Origin: Chrysomallon squamiferum
Taxonomy: Eukaryota > Animalia > Mollusca
Direction of reading: 5' to 3'
DNA length: 64,000 nucleotides
NCBI GenBank assembly: GCA_012295275.1
Contig: CM022667.1
Span: forward strand, 17,112,001-17,176,000
Part shown: piece after piece, positions 1 through 14,442 of the stretch
Numbering within the stretch: position 1 is the stretch's first letter
Layout: each line of letters starts with the position of its first letter
Translations under genes and position numbers: made by a program
Notes under the pieces: model-generated
What the model saw: the letters and a program-made list of their open reading frames with translations, nothing else
The model's database searches: none
Told to the model about the DNA's origin: nothing

Positions 1-4
1 TTCG

Positions 5-6
<2 letters not shown>

Positions 7-95
<89 letters not shown>
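7..95. repeat. (CT)n microsatellite
   Basis: Pure CT run. Confidence 0.98.
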
Positions 96-97
<2 letters not shown>

Positions 98-340
98 AGC
101 TCTCTCATTTGTTTTTTGTTTTTTTGTGTGGTGACTTTTATTGTTTCACTTTTCAAGAATAAAATTAATTTTTAATATGTTATCTCCGAAAAGATATAAA
201 CAGTATTTTTGTTTTCTTTCTTCCCTTTCTGTTTGTATCATTTTATCCTCTTCATTTCTTTCTTGGAAAATCAAATTTTAATATAGTAATAAAACGTCTA
301 TAAAATAATATTTGTTCTTATTTTTAATGTTCAGTTCTGC

Positions 341-343
<3 letters not shown>

Positions 344-394
<51 letters not shown>

Positions 395-456
395 TTGTTT
401 GTTTGTTTGTTTGTTTGTTTGTTTGTTTGTTTGTTTGTTTGTTTGTTTGTTTGTTT
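344..456. repeat. (TTTA)n/(TTTG)n compound microsatellite
   Basis: Direct reading. Confidence 0.95.
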
Positions 457-934
457 AGTTCGATTTATATGGTTTCATTCCGAGTTTTGAGAATTCTGCA
501 AAACGGTACTATATACTATAGCTTTTAGTACATCACGGTTAAATTCGATATGATGCAACTGAACAAAACAGAAAACTGTGCTCCAAATGTTATGATCACC
601 GGTACCGCTCTTTATATTAATTTTATTTTTCCATATTTCTCGATGTTTCTTCTTCTTCTTCTTCTTTTTATTTAGTTTTTTTTTTAGTTTTTTTTTTCTT
701 CAGCACAAATATTGTCAAGAATAATTCAAATACAGTTACACTCAAACAAATCACAACAAAAGAAACAAAAGCCTCGCATTGAAGCAATCGTGACGAGCGC
801 AAATGACCCCAAAAGACCGGGTTACCATGCACTAAAAGTGAAATCGTCGATAGTAATTTGCTGGCGACAAAGAATAACGCGATATGATCTGAGGGCGTAT
901 AAATAAATAAATAAATAAATAAATAAATGAATGA

Positions 935-970
<36 letters not shown>

Positions 971-1441
971 ATGAATAAATAAATGAATAAATGAAGAAAG
1001 GTTTTATATTTGTTATTAGTATGCATAATAGTTATTGCCGTTGTTAGTATTATAAATCCATGATCAAGAACAAAATTATCTTAGTAAATTAAAATACGAT
1101 TTAATGAAGTCAGTGATTAATGATAAAAACATTTTTTAAAATGTGAGTGAAATTATGACAAAAACCGATTAATTCTGGCAGTTTAAATCACTATTAAATA
1201 ATGAAAAAATATATTAATATTAACATTATATCCTTTAAAAGAATAAGTAAAATCTGCAAATGGTTCGCAAGGTAAATGTTAGATGTAAATAAATATCCCC
1301 TATAGCCAAATCATATTTAACACACAATCTAAAATATTATTAAAATCTTAACAAACCAACTAAATTAATGAATTAATAAAGAATAACATCAGAAATAATA
1401 AAAAATATAAAAAAAAGAACTAACTAAATAAAAAAATTATT

Positions 1442-1500
<59 letters not shown>

Positions 1501-1841
1501 TAGAAAGCAATAAAACAAAAATCCTAATCAACTGAAAAAAAAAAATAATAATAATAAAAAAAACAGTAAAAACAGTTTTAATATATCGAATATATAATAA
1601 AAAAAAACAATACACAAATTATATTTAAATTATTTTATTAATTATGAAAACAACAATATTTAATGTTCTCTCCTTGAACAGAATTTTACGAGATATTTAT
1701 TTCAGTTAGTAAATACCGAAACTGATACGAGAACCACATTTGACAGAAGTAAATAACTGAAATAAACATTGAAGTTCAGAAAATGTCACGCTCATAGTTA
1801 TCACTAAATGTTTTTGGGTTTTTCCGAAACAAAGACACAAA

Positions 1842-1877
1842 AATAAATAAAATAAAATAAAATAAAATAAAATAAAA

Positions 1878-1908
<31 letters not shown>

Positions 1909-1931
1909 ATTAATTAATAATAAATAAAAAA

Positions 1932-1986
<55 letters not shown>

Positions 1987-2080
1987 AATAAAATAAAATA
2001 AAATAAAATAAAATAGAATAAATAAATAAATAAATAAATATCAATAATAAAGAAAGAAAAGAAAAGAAAAGAAAAGAAAG
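1842..2080. repeat. (AAAAT)n/(AAAT)n/(AAAAG)n compound microsatellite
   Basis: Direct reading. Confidence 0.9.
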
Positions 2081-2597
2081 AAATTAGATGAAAAAATGAA
2101 GTGAATCTCTTCTTTCTAATGGACATCCGCCATTTTGATTCAAAGCCCCGACATTTCGCTTAGCTCTGCTTTCTCAACACTCTGTTCGAAATGATCACCG
2201 GTTTTGTTTGTACAGAATACACACTTATTTACCAAGCAATAACGTCTGTTTATTCTACTTACAGGGATGAAGAGGTAACTAGACGATACACACACACACA
2301 AGTTGTATTTGTTTGTATGTCCACTAATCATTTGCTGATATATTTATTCTTGCGACTGGTAAATGACCCGTGTAGTTCCAGTGTGTGTGTGTTAGTTTTA
2401 TGTGTAATTATATTAGGTAGGTGTGTGTGTTTTTTTGTGAGTGTTTGTATCTGTATGTGCGAGACACAGATCGGACCTGTGAGTGTGTGGACTGGTATTT
2501 GCTGTGATTTGTGCGTGTATGTGCGTGTGAATGTGTCCGAAAGAGAAAGATACAGTTTTATGTTTAAAAATATGTATCTGTTGTTGTTATATGTGTG

Positions 2598-2656
<59 letters not shown>

Positions 2657-2884
2657 TTATTTTATTTTCTATTTCCAGCCAAGTAAGATGGGATTAGGTG
2701 CAAATGTTTAACTGATAACTATATAATTCAATAACGTTTTTAATAATTAAATAAAGACAATCAACATGCCTGATTTAATTTTATACATACTAAGCCTACC
2801 CCTACTGAATAATACTTCGCTTTATTAGCACACTTTTACTCAAAGGCAGTCTTAGTTTATGTCTAGTCATTGTTCATGTGGTTT

Positions 2885-2975
2885 ATCAGGTGCCGAGTTA
2901 TGTGTATTTCTGTACACGGGAAGTGCATATAAAGGTTCTGTTGCTGCTAATACATAATGTCAGAACGTTTCCCAT
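2885..2975 (+). mobile_element. Decayed SINE-like fragment (Deu/Nin-domain-like)
   Basis: GGGAAGTGCATATAAAGGTTCTGTTGCTGCTAAT (2918-2951) aligns with the reverse complement of 23829-23849 (ATAAAAAGATCCCTTACTGCT). From memory it resembles the GTGCATATAAAAGATCCCTTGCTGCTAAT central domain of gastropod SINEs; not verified by search. Confidence 0.45.
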
Positions 2976-3194
2976 GCATCATCTTGATAAAAAATAAATT
3001 ATAGGTTGTGTTAATACAGTATTTTATTCATGACTTTCTATAATAGTACTACTACTACTACTACTACTACTAATAATAATAATAACAACAAGAACAACAA
3101 TAATATAATAATAACAGTAATAATAATAATAGTATTAATAATAATAATGATGATGATGATAATAATAATAACAGGTATTAATAAAATAATAATA

Positions 3195-3239
<45 letters not shown>

Positions 3240-3902
3240 AAGTTAAATAAATAAGTAAATCGAATAAACCCGAGAGAGAACATTCATCATTTTTAAGAAA
3301 CGCTAAAATATTTTCGAATCAAGCCAAAATAAATTTCTGCTATCAAATATCTCACTGTGCAGCTTGCCTCTACGTCATCAATTTCTAAAACACGGCTGTT
3401 GCAGGGCGTGATGTTTGTTGATCAAGATGGCGGTCCAAGGTTTATCAAAACACTTTCCGATGTCAACTTACAAACAAGTGGCGAAAGTGGAAACGTAACT
3501 CCGAACATACGCAATCAGCACGCTACAGCAATGTCTGGAATGGCCTCTCGTTGATCACTTCATTAAATTCGAGTTGAGGAGGTGCAGTCGTCTGCCTTTG
3601 TGCGCGTGCATTTCGCGTGATTATTTATGTACGTCTGCTATGCAGATGTCTCAGTATGAAAGACGTTATCTGCTACTTTCGAAAGTTGAATGTTTTTATT
3701 TAACTTAGGTTTTATTTGTTGGTTCGTTTTTCTTAAATAGATAAATAAAATATTGAAATGAATAAACAAATTCCACAGGGTTATAAAGTGAAATGTTTGA
3801 GATGAAATAAAGGTTACCACTTCTGTAACACCTACTGCTGCTACGACTACAACCGCTACTTCTTCTGCTGCTGCTACATTACTGGTGTCTGTATTATTTT
3901 CA

Positions 3903-4003
<101 letters not shown>

Positions 4004-4624
4004 GTATATATGTATGTGCATATATATATGTATGTATATGTGTATATGTATGTATGTATAATACATATATATATGTGCATTCACACATATATACGTCTAT
4101 ATTTCTTTTTAACTACTGCTTCTATTCAGCAACATTTATTCTGTTCTTCCCACATACGTAATAAATAAACAAGTAAGTAAATAAATAAGTAAGCAAATAA
4201 GTAAACAAGTAAATAAATAGATAAGTAAGTAAGTAAGTAAATAAATAAATAAATAAATAAATAACACATGTGAACAGAAGGGACGGATCCAGTACACTTT
4301 CTTACATCCAAGGCGATTTTCCAGATACGAAAATTTCTGGAATTTCAAACGTTGCAGCAGTAGCTGTCATCGCCACGTCGTCAACACGTCGTAAACGTTG
4401 ATGACAGGAAAGATGGTGTAAAACGAAATAAAATCCTAAATGCTAAGTACAGTAGTATCCCGCTGTGCAAAACGCACGTGAGTTTCATGTACGTGTGTCT
4501 TTTCTATTAACTGTAGTTTCTCCCATACGTCATTGTCAAGTACAAGTCAGAGATTTTGGTTAAAAGTGTTGACAGTCAAACAGAAATTGCTGATAGCAAA
4601 AACATACAGTATCATAACAAGAAC

Positions 4625-4627
<3 letters not shown>

Positions 4628-4714
<87 letters not shown>
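4628..4714. repeat. (GA)n microsatellite
   Basis: Pure GA run. Confidence 0.98.
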
Positions 4715-4717
<3 letters not shown>

Positions 4718-4896
4718 ATTGTAACAGTAAAACTAAAATTCCTGATGTTATATTTGTTTAGTAGAGGCATTAATAAAACAAGTGATAGCAGTGATAGGGG
4801 TAGTAGAAGTAGTACTACTAGTAATAGTGATAGTTGTAGTACTAACAGTAACAGTAGTTATAAGAATACAATTTTAGAATGACCAAAAAGAAAAAG

Positions 4897-4927
<31 letters not shown>

Positions 4928-5939
4928 CGCTATTGTTAAAAGAGGAACAAGAAATAAAGAACAAAATAATTCAAATTCCAAAATTTGTTTTAAAAATCTT
5001 GACGTTAAAATGAAAAAGGAAAAACATTTTATACATATAAAGTATTTCAGACTAGTAATGGTTTCGCTGGATAAAGTCCACGATTTTCGCTCACAGCGGA
5101 CGCTTTTCTAAACAACACTTTTGTAATTAAGTTTAATTTCGCCAGCCAATTACGTATTTTCTCTGCACCACTGCATTTAATTTAACAGATATTAAAGCTA
5201 CCCTTGGTAAAGAAAAACGAGAAAAGAAAAACCCCTCTAGGCAGAAACTCGGCATTACTGAAAACAAACGTTTGTAACTTGAGTCCAGAAATCGCCGATA
5301 AAAGCTAAGAGTTTGAAATGGAATTATTCCCGTTTTACTAAGCAGTGTGCATTAGTTATGTTTTTAAGAAATGAAACCATCATACAAATTTCCTTTTCTA
5401 TCAATTTGTCTTAATGAAATTCCCGCGCGCGGAAAATCCCCTATCCGCCAATGAAAACAAATGAGTCAAACAGATTTTTTTTTTAATATAAAATGGAATG
5501 GATTTTGTAATTTGATTTTTAGTGAATGGAATTTAGAAAATTGTAATGTTTTCGTATGTTTATTGTTTCATTTTGTGTGCGTTCTGTGTGCCTGTGTTTT
5601 TATTTGTATGTGTGTGTTTGTGTAACTGTGTGAAAGTACGTGTTGTTTCAAGAGTGTATATAAATATCGCTGTGTGTTTCTTTGGATGTGTTTATTTTTA
5701 TGGAAGCTACTGAAAACAGTTTAAACGCCCACAGAAATACACACTAAAATATGTAATACCTATGCCTTGCTAGATCGTAAAATACTCTGATTATATACCG
5801 GACACAATATAAATTTTATTTTATTTTATATATATAATAATGCGTAAATCAAACTATTTTATAAATAAAAGAAATACAAAATAATCAATATACTTTTACT
5901 TAAATTTAATTATCTTACCTCTATTATATGCTTTTCTTA

Positions 5940-5990
<51 letters not shown>

Positions 5991-8936
5991 CATAATAATA
6001 ATAATAATAAATAAATAAATAAATAAATAAATTTATCAGTTAAACATACCTGGATCCAATCAGTCTTCTTACTACAGCAGTTTGAACAATGATGTTTACA
6101 ACTGCAATGACGTCAACAATACCAATGACGTCAACATGCCCATTTGACGTTATTATTATCTAACTGGCCTTTCAGAAAGAATGCGTTATAACTGAATTGC
6201 TACGTAAATTAAGTAAAATTAAATGGTTTTGCCTGGTATATGGACCAGAGGTTTGAAACTAAACCTGTTCGTAGTCTCATTTTGTTTGCCTCACAATAAC
6301 TTACTCTGATTATCACGATTATTTTTCTCTTTCGCAGCAAGTGTAGCTTTTACTGTATGATACAGGTTAGTCCTCGGTGTGTTAAAATTACTGTCTCAAT
6401 ATTTAACTTTATTATCAATAATTATGATAACCACAACAACAACAACAACAACAACAAGGACAATAATAATAAGAAGAAGATTAGTGTTGTTACCGTTGTT
6501 GTTGTTGTTGTTATTATTGTTATTATTATTATTATTATTAGTAGTAGTAGTATTTTATTATTGCTGTTGATATGGTTGTTGCTATTGTTGTAGTTGTTGA
6601 ATTTTTTTAAAATCAGCTGTCTATTATTATTTATTTTATTTTTTTGTTATTGTTTATATAACATAATGTACATTAAATGGTATTTAGTTGTCTGTCTTCA
6701 AAAATTATTAAAGAATTTCTCTATAGTCAGATTTCGTTTGATTAATTTTAATTATAATTATATATATTTTATTTGCAAAATAAATATAAACTCTCATGAA
6801 CCATAAAGTATATTTTAAGCCCAGTTTAATATTAGTTCCAAACACAACAATAGTAGTAGTAGTAATAATAATAATGATGGTAAGTATAAGGAGAGAGAGA
6901 GCTGAAAATAAGAAATATGTTATTAATATGCCAGAAAAACAGAGTTGATAAAAGAAAGGGAGGAAAATAGATTTAAAAAGCGTTAAAAAAGAAAACAAAG
7001 AAAGAAAACAACAACAAAATCAGAAAGCGAGAGAAAGGGAAAAAATAAGTGGGGAAAAAAGAAGAAGAAAACAAAAAGAAACAAGAAGAGAAAAAGAAAA
7101 TAAGGAAAAACAGAAAAACAAAAAGGAAAAGAATAAACGAAAAGCAAAAAACGTCTTATTTTCACAGACAACATCACAAATTGCACACTTTATGGCAAAC
7201 AAACGGTATTTGTGCCAGCTGCAGGGATATTTCTTGGTTTCGTTTACCCGCGAATGCCGGATCAGTGCTGAACGCTTTGTAAAAATACGCTCTGCTGTGA
7301 CATAGCTTGGATTGGTTTCATCTTCACATTATGGCGATCGACAGGCCGAGTTTCCACCACATCGACGTGTATATTTAACTAAAGGGCAATTCTAGCTAAA
7401 GTTATCCCTCACCATATCAGCCATGCCGTAGTTTTTTTTTTTTTTTTACAAAAATGATTCCAGTGAACAGATGGTATGCTTCGTCATATGTCAGTGAATG
7501 AGGGGCAGGTTTAGATGGGTGTGTTTGTAGAACTGTGACTGTGTTCAGTACAGAAGCGATGTAGTTATGGTATGGTAGTACTAACAGTAATTGCAGTTAC
7601 ATATCAAAAGTAGAAGCAATAGAATGATGGTGATAAATAACAATGGATGTGTGATGACAGAGATGATGACGACGTCGACGAAGACGAAGACAGTAACAAC
7701 AACAACGATACCAATAATAACAATAATAACAACAACAACATTATTAAAATCAAAATAAAAGTATTTTTAAAAGATGATTATTAATAAATAAATTAATTAG
7801 ATATTTAACTAAACAAACAACAAACTTTTTTCTCTAAATATCAAAAATTCGTGTAACAATTTCACAAATTAAAAAGAAAATGAGAAACTGTCAAAAGAAA
7901 CAAAAAAAACCCAAAACCCCTTCCCTTTCCCCTTCCCCTCCCCCTCCCGTTCCTCCCTAGAACCGAGCCCGTGCTTTATGATGTAAACTTATAAGCGCCA
8001 GAACACAGACCAACGATCCAGGTTTGGTTTACGTTTATTTATAATGAAATATTGCACCCATTCATGCGCACAGACCCCACACACATTAGTGGGGCGGTTC
8101 ACTAACATTTGCCTGGAAAGTATTCAATATTTGTTCTAAACCCCGGGGCACGGGCTGTCAATACACGAACTCAGTGAACCAGCGGTTCAAGAGAAGAACC
8201 GTTATTTTGTTCAATACTGTTCCGTTAATATACTGTATTGTGTTGTGTTGTGGTGTGTGTTGTTTGTTCTGTACTTTTGCATTACTTTGTGTTGTCTCGT
8301 GTTGTGTAGTAATATACTGTTGTATAGTTTACTGAATTTCTTGTATTAATGATTTTGTATGATATTCGATTTATTGTTTTGTTAATTAATATTACATTGC
8401 GGCACACGAATGATGTATGCGTATGAATGTAGGTCTGTTCTCTTGACCATACATCTGTCTAACAGTGTGTCCGTCCATGTTTATTAAATATGCTTACAGA
8501 TACTACTACTATTACTACAACTACTACTATAGCTGCTGCTGCTACTACTGTTACTACGACAATAATTATTATTAGAACTATTACTACTACTACTATTATT
8601 TTTACAACAACCATTACTGCTGCTATGTTACCACTGCTATTACTATCATTATTACTTCTATTATCACAACTACTACTACTTCAACTACCACTAATACTAA
8701 TACTACATTATTACTGCTGCTGCTGCTGCTTTTGCTGCTACAACTACTACTATTACCACGTTACAAAAACTACAACTACTACTACGACTACTACTATTAC
8801 AAATTGTATGGTATGACAGAACTTTTATATAAAACATTTCGTTGAACGTCTACTGTATTAGTTCAAGTCACTACTACTACTGCTGCTACAACTGTTATTA
8901 TTATTCTTCCTTCTCCTTCATCTCTTGCTGCTGTTG

Positions 8937-8987
<51 letters not shown>

Positions 8988-9357
8988 TTATTACTATTAT
9001 TACTACTACTGCAACTACAAATCGTGTGGTGTGACAGAACCTTCGCTGAACACATGACTTCTGCTGCATATCGCGCCGGACAGCTGCACGTGCAGTTAGA
9101 GCGTGCATCATTAAAACAGTTTACACAAGCACATCAAAGAGAGAGCATTAAACTTTAAGTAGGAAAAACAAAACATAGATTTTTTTCGGTCTTCATAGTT
9201 TCCGTGAACAAGCATTTTGTCGATCTTGTCAATCAGAAGTTGAGTATTTATCTTTCTAACAAGAGATATCAGTTTAAGCAATTGAGAAATGCTCACTCTT
9301 CTGTATGTATGTATATCTGTTAAATACACATACAGAAAAAATATACATGAGAGTTTT

Positions 9358-9419
<62 letters not shown>

Positions 9420-10251
9420 CTGGTTGATATATGGACACAAAAATAAAAATAAATAGGCAGATTGAAAAAACTAAAAAAATATAGCCATACACACTCACAG
9501 ACACACACATAGATACACACAAATACATACATGGATTAGTTATCAGCTATTAAACAGAATCATAACTCCTTTATATTTTCTCTTCTGTTCACTTATTTCT
9601 TTTTAAAAGCTGAAGTTATTATTATTTTATTTTAAATTCTGCTCTCTACATCTATGTTTGATGACATAATTATTTTAGCGTGTTCACCTTATGTTGCAAC
9701 TTTAAAAAGAACCCCCGACAGTGTGTGTTTCGATAGCGAATTCTTTATTTATTATTCCCTCGCAGAATCAAAGCTGGATTATTTAAACAGACGGACGCCA
9801 TACCTGGGTAGTTCGTTCAGATACAGATTCGTCTTCGACTGGTCCTGGACGCCATGACACAACTGTGCACTTGATTTCACTTTGCGCCCTCGATGACATT
9901 CTGAATTGTGAATATGCAGAGATAAGTTTGCAGGCCTCCAATCGGGCGCGTAGGGATATGATTTTTATGTGAAACTGGAATTAGAACTTTCCTGATTTCA
10001 GCAATTTTGCTGTCGACGAGAATATGAGAACTGGCCAATTTGATTTTAACCGGAGTTTTAGAATATAGAGTTGTGTCCCTTTAGTTAGACAACTTTTGTC
10101 CGAAAGCACTTGATAAGGAAAGTAACTAGTTAGATCTCCAGCTGCAAGAACAAGAACTATCACTACTGCAACCATTAATAAAGGAATAGATATATCTAAA
10201 TGACAAAGCTTTTGTTTCTTTTCACATTATTATTATTATTATTATTATTAT

Positions 10252-10316
<65 letters not shown>

Positions 10317-11928
10317 CTTTCATTATTTATTTATTTATTAATTTAATAAAAAACAATGTTTTATTTGTCCTTCATTTTACGTATTCTATATAAAAATACA
10401 AAAACAGTTTCAACCACATTTGAATTATTTTATTGCCGTGGTTTGAAAGATGTTGAATTCTCTTTAACGTGTTTTAACAAATATAATATTAAATCTCTAA
10501 TCATTCTGAAAGTTAAAGCGTGCATGTCTTGGGCCAACAACTTTTAAGAGCACGTTGCCTGAGAAAGAAAAGACCAGATGATTTGTTGAAGACAAAAGAT
10601 GATTTAATTATTTTACACTCTTAAAACCACCCAGCATCGAGATTCGATCTCAGAAACCCAACTCAGTCTTAATTATGACATATTAACCATCGAGACTTGT
10701 TCTCGTAAGTGGATGATGATTTAATTGCGAGCTACAGTCAAAAACAACAGCAGCAGCAGCAACAACAACAATAACATTTATCTATATTAACACTTTTCCC
10801 AATCCAAACAAGCTTGTTTAACATGACTGGATAAGACAAAAACAAATACATCAAATAGCTGGTTATCAGAAACACAAATAAATACACAACAAGCGAAACA
10901 CCACGCTCTCAGTCTGCCGCGGCCAACTCGCCCGCAGTCAGAACAAACACAGCTTTATTGCTTGATAAATAATTTTTGTCTCTGCGAAAACAAAGCCGGG
11001 GATTCTGCACACAAAGTTTTGTGCTAGTCAGAGATGGTGGAAACGTCATGAGAAAAAGTACCATGAGAGAAAAAAAAAAAAAAAAAATGGCTTCCAGATG
11101 CGAAAGAAGGCGGTAATCGAAAGTCAGTCGCAACTTGTAGTGTTGACACGACGTCATCTTTGCACGTCAACGTCTAATTTTGACACCAGATGTCATTTGC
11201 GAGTTTTGTTGATGTTTCTTTGTATCCTGAATTTGTAAAGTTTAGGAAAACGTAATGGCCTATTAAAAATCGCGGTTTATGATTTAGTTTTTTGTTTTGT
11301 TTCTTGGGAAAACTGAATTTAAAATGATTCCTAGCTGCTAAATAAATAAAACAAATAAAATAAATTAAACATAAAGAATAAAACGTCTTCCGATATCAAT
11401 AGGCTAAAGTATTTATTTTCAAATGTTATATTTATTTGTGAAAGTATTAAATTAATAAGTTATATAAAATATAATAAAATAAGTAAAGGAATGAACGATT
11501 ATTTGTTTGGTGTAATCTTAAACAATTTCAGTACAAACGTTTGCATTTATTAATGGCCTACATAATATTTAAAAAGATGATGCTGTTTAAAATGAATTTC
11601 GTAGTCTTTATTTCTTGTGCATATTCTTAAGGGTGTGTATAAGATGATCTTTAATATGGACCAAAATACAGAGTGTAATAGTTGGAACGGGAAATAATAA
11701 CTCTGACGTTTGAGAAAATTCGATTCGGTAATACTTTGGACAGCAGTTCAGAAATATCATATCCTTATTTTTAAAGAAAACAGCAAAAATGAAACATTCA
11801 TCATTTTACTGATTGTTAAAACTTCGCATCGCTTCTCATTTTCTCTTCAGGTTTTCTTTTCTTGTTTTTTTTTTTTTTTTCTTTCTTTTTTTTCTCTCTG
11901 CTAATTACTCATTTAAAAATCTACTTAT

Positions 11929-12046
<118 letters not shown>

Positions 12047-12423
12047 GAATGCCTATTTTACGTAAGTCTGATTGTTCTGGGTGCGGGGTCAGGAATGTTT
12101 TTCTAATCTGGTTATTTGAGCCGCGGTCAGCAGAGAGGGTGAAAAACACAGATAACACTTAGTCACCGTCCACTGAAAACGGAAGTGGTGTCCGGAACTA
12201 GAACTCTCCTGCGTCCAAAGGTGATAAATGACTTCGTTCCTGAAAATATGTCGACACATCTGACTCGGCCGGTGAAAACAGTTTTAGTTGTTAGCGGGAA
12301 TGTCAGAGGGAATGTCAGAGGGAATGTGAAAACTAATCTGTTTTGGTCATTATTAGCCAGTCTTACTGGACAGACGTTGCTCGAACCGGCGAGATGATAA
12401 ACAACTGTGCACTGAATCAGCGT

Positions 12424-12755
<332 letters not shown>

Positions 12756-13681
12756 ATATATACATGCACACATATATATATATGCACACTCATATATTTA
12801 TACAGATGCGAAATTAAATCTGCCATCACTTTTTCTTATTCCTTCATTTTAATTAATGATATTCATAACCCAGCGCACAAATTATGAACAGACTGCTACA
12901 TGCCAGAAGAGTCGAATATTTAATAAATACTTAGAGAATTGTTACAAAAGATCTAGAAAAGCGCCGAGTCTACAAACACAGAACTCAACAGACACAACGC
13001 CTCGGGGGGATAAGTAAAGATAGGTCGGTACTCTCTTTACAAGTGATCGTTATTAACCTTTAACCTTTCAAATATCTTTCTACATAGACTGAAAAGCTAA
13101 CTACATATGTAGTATGTACGATATTTCACCGCATCACTTTAAACGTCACTCTGTTTGTTTGTACACACATTATAACTGACCGGACATTAAGAACAGCTGC
13201 GTTCGGTGTCGGGCGAAAATACTTGCGGCTCTTTAATTGCAGTCGCGCGACCGCCCACTTGAAGGATACATTTGAAAATAAGCAAATTCTCATTTTCTGT
13301 TAAATCTTTACGAGATAACGTCAGCTGAAAAATATAGAGATAAAAGTTTTGACATGTTTAACCTGCCTGATAAACGTTAGAAAAAAAGAAGAAGAAATCT
13401 TTATGATTAAAGGGGAGTTAACTGTCCTAGATGACGCTTATTTCATTGTCTTAGAGCAAATCAGAGAATTACATTAACAACGGCATTGTGTACTCCAGCC
13501 ATTTCAATAGCTACTCCTATATTATTAAGCATACAACTGTTTGGAAAGGTCTGACTTGGTCACGTGTATGTAGTAGTATGTTAGAGGATTTGTTATAATA
13601 CAACAGGAAAAAGCAACCTTTTTATATGCAGTATGCCACAGTAATCATTATCTCATATTTCATTTGTTTTTAGTTTAGTCT

Positions 13682-13684
<3 letters not shown>

Positions 13685-13770
<86 letters not shown>
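13685..13770. repeat. (CT)n microsatellite
   Basis: Pure CT run. Confidence 0.98.
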
Positions 13771-13774
<4 letters not shown>

Positions 13775-14338
13775 ATTATCTCTACCTTTCTATCCACGAT
13801 GAATGACATTTTATTTATCTACAAAATAACAACTTTTTTAATATATAATTTTATGTATTATTTATTATTTTTATATAGCAATGTAGATTCCTTCTTGTCA
13901 CTTCTTGTTAACTGTGAACAACCTGATGTAAGCTGACACAGAACGTACACTCACGCTCAAACACGATTCTAATCTTCTGTAGCACAAACCAGAAACGAAT
14001 CCGTCTTCTTACTGCGACAGACGTAACCTGTGTTCTTGCGAAAATAATATTAAAACTTTAGTAGTAGTAAAAGCAGTCAGCTAACGCTGATAAATAACAG
14101 AAACAAAATGAAATAAATATTTTATTATATATCAGTAAAACAAAAGTTAAATCAACGGAAGATCAAAAATACCTCAGTCTAAGTCTGTTTTATAATCAGT
14201 ACAGATAGAATATATATATCTTTAATCTTGGATTTTCTCCAGAACAACCAGTAGCTTCTTGTCTTGATTCAGATATACTAACCACTCCACAATCTATGCT
14301 GACACAAGTTACAAATGTACTAAAAATGCAAATGCATA

Positions 14339-14442
<104 letters not shown>

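Noticed and set aside
12296-12327. Short local duplications (12-bp GGGAATGTCAGA x2.5; also 30585-30675, 50846-50900, 51373-51428)
   Set aside because: Ordinary slippage duplications with no further structure.
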